Source of the DNA: Klebsormidium nitens | Taxonomy: Eukaryota; Plantae; Klebsormidiophyceae | Reading direction: 5' to 3' | NCBI GenBank assembly: GCA_000708835.1 | Contig: DF237619.1 | Location: 13,623-47,486 of the forward strand | DNA length: 33,864 nt | In this document: positions 24,068 to 31,934 of the stretch, piece after piece | How positions within the stretch are numbered: position 1 is the stretch's first letter | Layout: every line of letters begins with the position of its first letter | The notes under the pieces: generated by a model | The model's input: only the letters and a program-made list of their open reading frames with translations | Told to the model about the DNA's origin: nothing | Database searches by the model: none | Made by a program: the position numbers and the translations under genes

Positions 24068-25407
24068 CTACCGGCGAGGAGAGCGCAAGCGATGTATTTT
24101 CTGACGATACGCGCGGTGTGAGACATTAGACCGGCGTGGGAGGGGCAGAGCTTCGCGCATGAGTGCAATCATGTACGTGATGATTGCCGGTCCGCATGAT
24201 ATAGAGTCCGTTTGTCCCGGCACATCTGTTCCGAAAACGTGCTGTACTGGCCCCTGAATGACATGCGCGTCCCTAAGAATCCGCTCGACGTTCATGAGCT
24301 CATCTGGCATGGTCTTCATCAACGGATCTTAACTGTTGAGGCGGCTGTTGAGCACGTCATAAGCGACGAGCACCCAGTGGTAGTTTGCGAGATTGATGGA
24401 CATGAACACGTACCGCACCCCTCGCATGTTCGGCTGCGAAACCAATTCTGCGATGCTCCGAAAGTTGTAGGGGGCTAGTTTCCTGGTCCTCGTCCGGTCG
24501 TCGTTGCCGTCCTTCCACACGCTCTCATGGTTGCGATTCAGGAGGGGGCCGATCTGCCCGTGAGTCGCCATCGTATACACGATGCTTGGGTATGCGATGC
24601 AGTCGTCCTTGTTGTTAATTAGCTTGCACATGCCGTCCACGATCGCATCACTGATGATCTCGCCGTTGTGCAAGGTTTGTAGATCGTTGAATTCGACTGG
24701 AACTCCATTCGGATAAACACCGACCGTGATCTGCGGAGGGACGTCCCCTGGATCATCCAGTGTCTCCACGAATGTCCGCGCCTGCTCGTAAACCCGGTTG
24801 TCGAAACCCGTCAGAGAGAAGGGAAGCGGTCTACTCGGGTCCGAGGTCCCTTTCTTCCTCATTTGTAATCGTTTTCGTACGCCGGGAGCCCTCTTGAACG
24901 CGTACATATCCACTGGAGGGCTGATCTTTTTCCGTCGTGTTCTGGTGGCCATCGGTGGTGGCCTTTTTTCTGAAGTCGCGCCGTGCTTGTTTGGGATCAC
25001 TCGGTTCGGACTTTTAGTCGGCAGGCCTCCCGTTTTCACCGCGACTCCAATTGAATGTTTTATTCGACCCGCCTCCTGTCTTCAGCCCGACTTGATCCTG
25101 CGTGGCATTGCCGCTGGTGCGATTCGCACTCCCCTTCCGCTTCTTCCTCTTTGTTCCTGTGGGAGGACGCTTGCGTGTAACTGATGGTGCACCCTGGCGT
25201 GCCAGCGCCCAATCGCACATCGACAGCGTACTTTCTCCAAAAATGGGACGCCCTGTGGAATTGAGCTGCCGGTATAAGGACGCCCGCTCTCTGATCGCTC
25301 TCGGGATCGCCGCATCCTCTAAGGCATAAGCCAAAAACTCGATCCAGCCGTGGGCCTTTGGCACATTGGCCCTGAGCTGACACTCTGAAACACATATTCT
25401 CCAGCAT
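24068..25407 (-). pseudogene. Ulp1/SENP-like (C48) cysteine protease pseudogene
   Basis: Motifs LQTLHNGEIISDAIVD, SINLANYHWVLVAYD (catalytic His), NS*DPL (Asp; TAA at 24329-24331 replaces the expected aromatic residue), QTDSISCG (Gln and Cys). ORFs 24329-25039 and 24068-24322 share one frame. The N-terminal part (25014-25415) is in other frames. Confidence 0.8.
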
Positions 25408-25473
25408 CTCGACAATGATACGCCCCTCGAGTCAGTGTTGCAGGTACACGGGGCATTTCTTTATACGTTATTA

Positions 25474-25640
25474 CCGTTTTCGCCCAAACTGTCGCCCGAA
25501 CCGGGCGCTATTCGAGCGAATAAACGATAACAATACCGGATTAGGCCCATACAAGTACGGACTGGTACCGGCTATCTGCGAACCGCCGGGTTATGAAGCC
25601 CGGTATTCGCGAACAATCCTCATATACTGGCCGACCGGCA
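25474..25640 (-). ncRNA. Putative Fanzor omegaRNA/fRNA scaffold
   Basis: Lies between the Fanzor stop and the element 3' end, where TnpB/Fanzor guide RNAs are encoded. Hairpins: GCGAA-ccg-CCGGG-ttatgaag-CCCGG-ta-TTCGC (25578-25610), CGCCCG-aac-CGGGCG (25493-25507), TATTCG-ag-CGAATA (25509-25522). The 5' boundary is a guess. Confidence 0.55.
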
Positions 25641-27455
25641 AAACTCTGCCAGCCTGGCACGGCCTTCGAGCCGCAACCTGAGCAGCCTCAGGATGTTGCG
25701 GGCAGCGTTCACGTCGCGGATCACCGTCATGCCATGACAGCCACTGTTTCTGCAGTGGAGCACACTGTGAACTTTGACGGTCTTCACCGCCCCATCCTTG
25801 CACCGCTTCTCCGAATACTGGTTGTGCAGCTGCGTCTTGCAGTCGAAGTGCAGCTTGCTGGTCCTGAACTTCGTCCATCGAGACCACCCTGCAATGCTTG
25901 CGAAGCTCCCGCTCCAGTCGCTTCACTGGCCCGGACGGAGATCCCTTGATGATGCCTCCGGAGTCCTTGTTCGACCAGTCTCCGAAGCCCACCACCGTCT
26001 TGCACCCTACTCGCCTGGTGATAGCTTTGCAGAGCGAATGAAGCTTCTTCTGAGCCGAGATATACCGTTTGAACTTGAGCCCCCTAAAGCCCTGCCTCAT
26101 GTGGTAGACGAGGAGCATGTCGAGCCTGGGCAGCATATAGTGCACGTAAGCTAGGAATTTGGTGCTCTCCGAGGTCTTCTTGGTGGGCATGTTGCGGATG
26201 GCCTCGAGCACCTCCGGGCTCTTATCGTACCACCGCTTGATCTTGGCGTTGCTGTACTTGTATTTGGCGTCACCATAGAATTCTCGAGTTGAGCACTTCA
26301 GTTTCTCTCCTTCCTCGTTGACCATGACGAAGAGGTCTCGCCTGCCCGGGTCTAGGCCCCATAGCTCCTCTTCGCCCGTAAGCTCGGGGAGCGTTGCTTC
26401 TCCTGAAGCTTGCTTGGGTTTGGGCTTCCTCAGTAAGATGCACACGGCCTTTCCGTCCGTGATTATCTCTCCTGCGAATTTGCGTTGCATGTCTCGAACT
26501 TTGCGATGTCGAAGAGGTCCCGCCAGTAGTCGTCAGCCACCTTCCTGAACTCCGCTCCCGAGGCTGGAAGCTTGACCCCTCCCCTCTTGAGAAGCCCATA
26601 GAGTCCGTTGGTGCACATCTTGAGGTGATTGCACTCGATGCCCCTCTTCGTGGGCAGGAGGCTGAAGAGCCTCAGCTGCTTGCCTTTCTTCAGTTCTTCT
26701 TCTGTCAGGGGGTGATGCAACTCTATGTAGCGCAGGAACATGTATTGCATCGGCATGAGTATGTGAGGGGTGGAGTCTGCCCTGCCAGTAGTGGCTTTCG
26801 GAAGTATGGCTCGGTACCTCAAAACCAGTGGGTCGTTGCCTTCGTACTCATCGGCGAACATGTCCCGCATCTTGGCATAGCATGAAGGGCCATCGAGCGA
26901 GTACGTGTGCTTCAGGTAGCGCTTGAAGCGCTTGTAGAAGTTCGTGGCGATGGAGTTCTTGATGCACGTGGCCATCTGAAGGCTCGCATTCTGGTACCAG
27001 CCGGAAGAGAGATGCTTGCAGTCCGGAGGCCGATAGCCTGCAAGGCGTGATGCCAGGTAGAGCTCTACGGTCTCCCTGAGGTAGAGGTCTTTGACGGAGC
27101 TCTTCTGCCTACCAGCCATGCTGACGGCAGAGAGGCAGTTGTAGAAGAAAGGCTGATCCAGAGGTGGAACTTCGCAACCCAACTCACACATCCGTAGTAT
27201 ATGCAGGTTAGCAAGAATGTAGGCTTCACAGATGGCCTTATTCACTTCCTTGAGCACACTCTCTAGAGGAAGGGCCCTGGCAGCCTCCTTGCAGAAGCTG
27301 TTTAGGCTGGTCTTGACCACGGTGCATTCGGTCTCTTTGTTCCTCAGGGCCCGGAGCTTGACGTCCTCTCGGGTCCTAGGCTCTTTGAAGAGCTTGCTCA
27401 CGTAGGCCAGGCATTCGTGGTGGAGAGCGACGTCGGGGGGTTTCTTGGGTGGCAT
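25620..27455 (-). pseudogene. Fanzor: Fanzor (eukaryotic TnpB-like RuvC RNA-guided nuclease, Fanzor1-like), about 611 aa when repaired, with two frameshifts
   Basis: RuvC-I LWGLDPGRRDLF; VVGFGDWS; RuvC-II VSMDE[FRTSKLH]; Zn-binding HFDC...CRNSGC; RuvC-III RDVNAARNI; stop TGA at 25620-25622. A -1 shift lies near 26484 (FETCN/RKFAGEIITDG) and a +1 shift near 25870 (GAC GA[A]G TTC). Confidence 0.9.
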
Positions 27456-27539
27456 CAGACCACCCCTATGAGGCTCCTTAGGAAATTAGTTCTTGGAAAT
27501 TTTACGCACGGCCCAGGTTATGGTAAACGAGCCGAGCGC

Positions 27540-28736
27540 TTATAATATCGGGCTGTCGTATACAGTACTCAAGCGGGTAAATATATACGACAATCGTATG
27601 AAATAGGTCCAACCGGGCGGTTTCGCGCGACACTTTCGACGAAAACGGTAATAACCGATACTTGCAATTGATTCGTACTCGAAGCAGAATTCTTCCTCGT
27701 CGTTGAGCTCTCTGATCCTATCCTTTGGGTAGCCGACGATATGCACATATACTCCTGCAGTGTTCTCTGCACTCCTGCAGTCCCTGAAGAGGCGTTTTAG
27801 AATGTCTTTGAGGAGTCCATAGCGTCTCTCGGCCGGGTTGAAGCGCACGAAGTGAAGGGGGAGCCGCACGAGGTCCTTGATCTTGCCCATGCGGTCCACC
27901 TCGCACGAGACGTTGTAGTAGCGGTGATGATCCTCATCGACTTCTAGGACGACTGCATGTGTGTCGAAGATGAACGCGTAATCAGGGCGTTTGATACACG
28001 AAACGTCCCTGGTAGACATCTCGCGGGCACACGGGAGTGTCTCGTCCGAGTAAGACCACGGCCAGCCCTGCTTGCGAAGCCATCCAGTGGTGAAAGTCTC
28101 CCATCGCTTGAGAGACGTTCCCGACCGGCATGAGTAACAAGCTCTGCCCTTGTAGCGAACGGATACTTCTGAGCATACACAACACCTGGCCCCTCCGCCA
28201 TGCTTGATGCAGTGAGTGCCATGTGCCGCCTGGCCGCACCCCTCCGTCCGGCACAGCCGTCCACCTCCGTGCCCGGTGCAGAAGTTCCCAGGTCTCCGAG
28301 CCGTCTTGATGCATTCTTCTCTTTGACACTTCTTTCCCCCTCCGTGTCGGATGCAGTGGTCGCTTTTCCCATTACCATATGCTGCAGTTGTGCACCCGAA
28401 CGTCTGGCACTTCTTCCCTCCCCCATGAGTGGTGCAGTGTTTGCTCGGTTTTCTAGCCGGTTTGTTGCAGCCCTCTGTCTGGCATCGAGATCCCCCACCA
28501 TGTCGGGTGCAATGATTTGTAGCACCCTCCGCTGAAGTCTTACATCCTTGAGTCTGACGCCTTCTTCCACCACCATGTGTGAGACAATGCTTGTTAGGAC
28601 CAGGCGCCGAATGAGGACACCCCACACTCTTACACCGATACCCTCCACCGTGGGTGATGCAGTGTCTGCCCCCTTTCCCCTGTGCTATCCGATTGCACCC
28701 ATCTACAGCACAGATACGCCGGGGCTTACGTGCCAT
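27540..28736 (-). CDS. Protein with seven C-x4-C...C-x2-HGGG zinc-binding repeats (WRKY19-like repeat type) and a C-terminal PD-(D/E)XK-type endonuclease domain
   Basis: Seven HGGG repeats, then CCVC...CYSC, then RPDYAFIFDTHAVVLEVDEDHHRYYNVSCEVDRM...FVRFNP, a nuclease signature seen in large DNA virus proteins. The last 36 aa are read from the transposon end; the native end is inferred at about 27649. Confidence 0.8.
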   Translation of the reverse strand: MARKPRRICAVDGCNRIAQGKGGRHCITHGGGYRCKSVGCPHSAPGPNKHCLTHGGGRRRQTQGCKTSAEGATNHCTRHGGGSRCQTEGCNKPARKPSKHCTTHGGGKKCQTFGCTTAAYGNGKSDHCIRHGGGKKCQREECIKTARRPGNFCTGHGGGRLCRTEGCGQAAHGTHCIKHGGGARCCVCSEVSVRYKGRACYSCRSGTSLKRWETFTTGWLRKQGWPWSYSDETLPCAREMSTRDVSCIKRPDYAFIFDTHAVVLEVDEDHHRYYNVSCEVDRMGKIKDLVRLPLHFVRFNPAERRYGLLKDILKRLFRDCRSAENTAGVYVHIVGYPKDRIRELNDEEEFCFEYESIASIGYYRFRRKCRAKPPGWTYFIRLSYIFTRLSTVYDSPIL

Positions 28737-28834
28737 AGTTACTCGTAGAACAACGCACGAGTTCCGAGAGTTTCCCTATATCAACGCAGTTCAAACTCTC
28801 TGAAGGTATCGCCGTCATAAGAGGAACTGCGAGC

Positions 28835-29322
28835 TCACCACGCTCTCCTGACTCGGGCCATCCCACTTTTCCACGCTTCGTAGCGCAGGCGGTTCACGAG
28901 CGTTCGTTCTCCGGGGAGAACCCACTTCAAGTACGTCGCCAGCATCTTTCCATCTGCGTTGTAGTTCTGGATGTACCCATGCGTCAGGTGGTCTATGGTG
29001 CGTGCGAAGATCTCCGGCCCCGAGTATCTGGCCGGGTCGAAGCTCCTGACGGCGTCCCGGATGGCGAACGGAAGCAGGAGACTCATCCCAACGTCTATGC
29101 AAGTAGGCTTATCGTTCTTGACGTCGTACAAGATGTTATTCGCGTGGGAGTCTCCGTGAACGAATCCTAGCGACCACAGGGAGACGAAAGTCTTCTCCAC
29201 GGCGACGTACTGCGTGGCGGTCAGTCCGTTCTGCCTGACGGCGATCGCGTGCAAGGTGTCACCGGGTGCCCTCGTCATGACCTGTATGCTGATAGCCATT
29301 CCTCCGCCAAAGAGTATGCCGG
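28835..29322 (-). CDS. Ser/Thr protein kinase, C-terminal part (5' end in assembly gap)
   Basis: Catalytic loop GFVHGDSHANNILYD and activation-segment start PTCIDVG. Confidence 0.8.
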
Positions 29323-30209
29323 NNNNNNNNNNNNNNNNNNNNNNNNNNNNNNNNNNNNNNNNNNNNNNNNNNNNNNNNNNNNNNNNNNNNNNNNNNNNNN
29401 NNNNNNNNNNNNNNNNNNNNNNNNNNNNNNNNNNNNNNNNNNNNNNNNNNNNNNNNNNNNNNNNNNNNNNNNNNNNNNNNNNNNNNNNNNNNNNNNNNNN
29501 NNNNNNNNNNNNNNNNNNNNNNNNNNNNNNNNNNNNNNNNNNNNNNNNNNNNNNNNNNNNNNNNNNNNNNNNNNNNNNNNNNNNNNNNNNNNNNNNNNNN
29601 NNNNNNNNNNNNNNNNNNNNNNNNNNNNNNNNNNNNNNNNNNNNNNNNNNNNNNNNNNNNNNNNNNNNNNNNNNNNNNNNNNNNNNNNNNNNNNNNNNNN
29701 NNNNNNNNNNNNNNNNNNNNNNNNNNNNNNNNNNNNNNNNNNNNNNNNNNNNNNNNNNNNNNNNNNNNNNNNNNNNNNNNNNNNNNNNNNNNNNNNNNNN
29801 NNNNNNNNNNNNNNNNNNNNNNNNNNNNNNNNNNNNNNNNNNNNNNNNNNNNNNNNNNNNNNNNNNNNNNNNNNNNNNNNNNNNNNNNNNNNNNNNNNNN
29901 NNNNNNNNNNNNNNNNNNNNNNNNNNNNNNNNNNNNNNNNNNNNNNNNNNNNNNNNNNNNNNNNNNNNNNNNNNNNNNNNNNNNNNNNNNNNNNNNNNNN
30001 NNNNNNNNNNNNNNNNNNNNNNNNNNNNNNNNNNNNNNNNNNNNNNNNNNNNNNNNNNNNNNNNNNNNNNNNNNNNNNNNNNNNNNNNNNNNNNNNNNNN
30101 NNNNNNNNNNNNNNNNNNNNNNNNNNNNNNNNNNNNNNNNNNNNNNNNNNNNNNNNNNNNNNNNNNNNNNNNNNNNNNNNNNNNNNNNNNNNNNNNNNNN
30201 NNNNNNNNN
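29323..30209. other. Assembly gap (887 N)
   Basis: Run of N. Confidence 1.
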
Positions 30210-30333
30210 TTGGGAACGAGTTCACTCCGGCGCTGAGGACCTTCCCAGAATCGTTCACGATCAAACACCCGACTTTCGTTTGCGGGTCCTTACTCTTCTG
30301 CTGCGCGAGCCTCTTCGCTTGCTCCATCGTCAT
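30210..30333 (-). CDS. dCMP deaminase, N-terminal fragment (rest in gap)
   Basis: MTMEQAKRLAQQKSKDPQTKVGCLIVNDSGKVLSAGVNSFP matches the SxDPxTKVGxxIV...GxNxFP N-terminus of deoxycytidylate deaminases. Confidence 0.85.
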
Positions 30334-30359
30334 GACAGCACCGAGACACCTAACCAGCC

Positions 30360-31061
30360 CTAAACCGCATCTTCGGCGGGCCCTTCCGGCCCAAACAGAC
30401 GCCAGGCACCGTACGCGCACGCCAACCCCGTCAGCCCGAAGAACGCGTACGTCGTGTACTTTGCTGCCGCCACGGGTTCTTTCGTTCTCTTCGCGGTCTT
30501 CTCGAAGCTGACCACCGCTCTTGGTGCAGGGGGTATCGGCTCGTACTTGGCCGGTGGAGGGGGGTCCGTGGGCAAGCGCAACCTCTTCCCCAGCGTCTTG
30601 AACTCGAAGACGAGCGAGTGGTCCGCGCCACCGGTATCGTATAGTGCCCCCGCGTCGTCCAGCAAGATGACGCTCAGCCTAGATATAGAGACGGGGTCGC
30701 AGAGGTTGTCCCCTATCTCGGTGATCGCGGGCCTGTAATACTTGACCTTTCCGAGCGGTGAGTCCATCGGTAAGCGTGCCAATATCGACCGGCCTTGCGT
30801 CTCGTTCTCGCTGAAGGCCTCGTCTCTGTACACGGCCGTCTGACAGGAGGGCTTTGGCGCCTCGTCCACCGCGACGTCCAGGTAGAGCGTCTCGGCCGTG
30901 TTTGGTATTATAGCAGATATGAGGCGCAGGGAGACGCAATTGTGTATCGAGTACGGAAGGCGTATGCTGTAAGAGTTAGAAGAAGGGTACGTCGCGAGGT
31001 TCCTGCTCGAGCTATTCAAGCAGACGTGGAATCGGAAGAAGCAAGGGACGCTCTGATCCAT
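30360..31061 (-). CDS. NCLDV-type conserved protein, possible single jelly-roll (penton/minor-capsid-like) domain, Pro-rich linker and C-terminal transmembrane helix
   Basis: CLNSSSRNLATYPSSNSYSIRLPYSIHNCVSLRLISAIIP at the start and LSVILLDDAGALYDTGGADHSLVFEF later resemble beta-rich virion proteins of large algal viruses. Hydrophobic tail YAFFGLTGLACAYGAW. Confidence 0.55.
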   Translation of the reverse strand: MDQSVPCFFRFHVCLNSSSRNLATYPSSNSYSIRLPYSIHNCVSLRLISAIIPNTAETLYLDVAVDEAPKPSCQTAVYRDEAFSENETQGRSILARLPMDSPLGKVKYYRPAITEIGDNLCDPVSISRLSVILLDDAGALYDTGGADHSLVFEFKTLGKRLRLPTDPPPPAKYEPIPPAPRAVVSFEKTAKRTKEPVAAAKYTTYAFFGLTGLACAYGAWRLFGPEGPAEDAV

Positions 31062-31103
31062 GAGGACCGCATAAGTTCACGCAGGAGAATTCTCGCGTGA
31101 GAG

Positions 31104-31400
31104 CTACGCATACTGCGCCCTGCCCCACGACTTCTTCTTGAGATGAGTACACGCCTTCATCAGATCCTGATCCACCGTGTCTTTGCTCTCCATCAACTTT
31201 GCAAATTCTGCCTCTAGGACCTCCGTCGAGACGTCTCCGTCTCGACGCTGCAGTGGGCACACATCCAGGAGGATCTCGAGCAACAGGGCGAACGTCTGCG
31301 TAGGATCGTTCAGCATGAAGATAAGAGCCTTTCCCTCGTGCGAGCCCAGCTTGACGAATTGCCTCCCCCTCTTCCCAAAGGGATAATCGTATACTTCCAT
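31104..31400 (-). CDS. Hypothetical protein
   Basis: 98-aa ATG-started ORF packed between neighbours, protein-like composition; no motif. Confidence 0.55.
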   Translation of the reverse strand: MEVYDYPFGKRGRQFVKLGSHEGKALIFMLNDPTQTFALLLEILLDVCPLQRRDGDVSTEVLEAEFAKLMESKDTVDQDLMKACTHLKKKSWGRAQYA

Positions 31401-31482
31401 GACTACACGTACTCCGTATATTTGTCGGGGGTGCCAGAACGCGGCAGCGAGGCCAAGTACATTTGCATTGAGGTCTCATAGC

Positions 31483-31926
31483 ATGGACAAGATCTCATCC
31501 GACCAACTCACGTGGGTGCTGTCCAAGGCAAGATCCTACGCGCTCGCCGTGTGTTCGTTCAGGGAACCGAAAGACGTCATGATCACGCTGGACACGTGGG
31601 GCTGGGGGCTCCTCCCGCGTAACAAAGCATGGTTGTGCGAGATACCAAGCGAGCACGTGTGTTCCATGCCAGTGAAGGGTGAGTGGAGATGCTACGTGCA
31701 CGAAGGAGCATTCAACTACTACAGGGGCGATATCGCCAAGGCTGCACGTTATACATTGTACGTACACGCAACTAAGAACCACGGCGCCTTCTGTGTGCTC
31801 AGAGATAATGAAGACCGGCCCTTGAAGAGACAAACGTTGCACTTTTTGGACATCACGAACGCCGACGAGCTGAAAACGAGAATGGGAGCTCTGCCACCAC
31901 TCAACGACACGATAGCGTTGGTTTGA
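31483..31926 (+). CDS. Hypothetical protein
   Basis: ORF 31399-31926. The ATG at 31483 (MDKISSDQ) is preferred because the ATG at 31399 overlaps the ATG of the divergent ORF. No motif. Confidence 0.55.
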   Translation: MDKISSDQLTWVLSKARSYALAVCSFREPKDVMITLDTWGWGLLPRNKAWLCEIPSEHVCSMPVKGEWRCYVHEGAFNYYRGDIAKAARYTLYVHATKNHGAFCVLRDNEDRPLKRQTLHFLDITNADELKTRMGALPPLNDTIALV

Positions 31927-31934
31927 ACGCACTC

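Larger units (their letters stand above)
25474..27648 (-). mobile_element. Non-autonomous TIR transposon (TA TSD, Tc1/mariner-type termini) carrying a Fanzor gene
   Basis: Left end CCGTTTTCGCCCAAACTGTCGCCCGAA (from 25474) matches the reverse complement of the right end, CCGTTTTCGTCGAAAGTGTCGCGCGAA (ending 27648), at 23/27. TA at 25472-73 and 27649-50. The only long ORF inside is the Fanzor; no transposase is present. Confidence 0.8.

Noticed and set aside
25462-25473. Mimivirus-style hairpin terminator as the meaning of the target palindrome
   Set aside because: I saw no comparable AT-rich hairpins at the other stop codons of the viral segment, so transposase target preference or chance is as likely.
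25432-27657. Wider Fanzor element boundaries (about 25466-27657) with the nuclease C-terminus IKKCPVYLQH* displaced
   Set aside because: This needs unequal termini (C vs TCG before GTTATT). The narrower ends give exact TA flanks, CCGT termini like the nearby MITE, and a restored double stop. It remains a fallback until other copies are aligned.
27944-28648. Alternative-frame and antisense ORFs over the nuclease, MYND, oxygenase and UTP18 genes (e.g. 27944-28648, 32070-32879, 4586-5431)
   Set aside because: Shadow ORFs expected in GC-rich coding DNA; no motifs.
29214-30511. Long ORFs spanning the N run (340-477 aa in the ORF track)
   Set aside because: Artefacts of translating through Ns; only the sequenced flanks are informative.
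31399-31482. Start of the plus-strand orphan at ATG 31399
   Set aside because: It overlaps the ATG of the divergent gene (CATG), leaving no promoter space; 31483 is more plausible.
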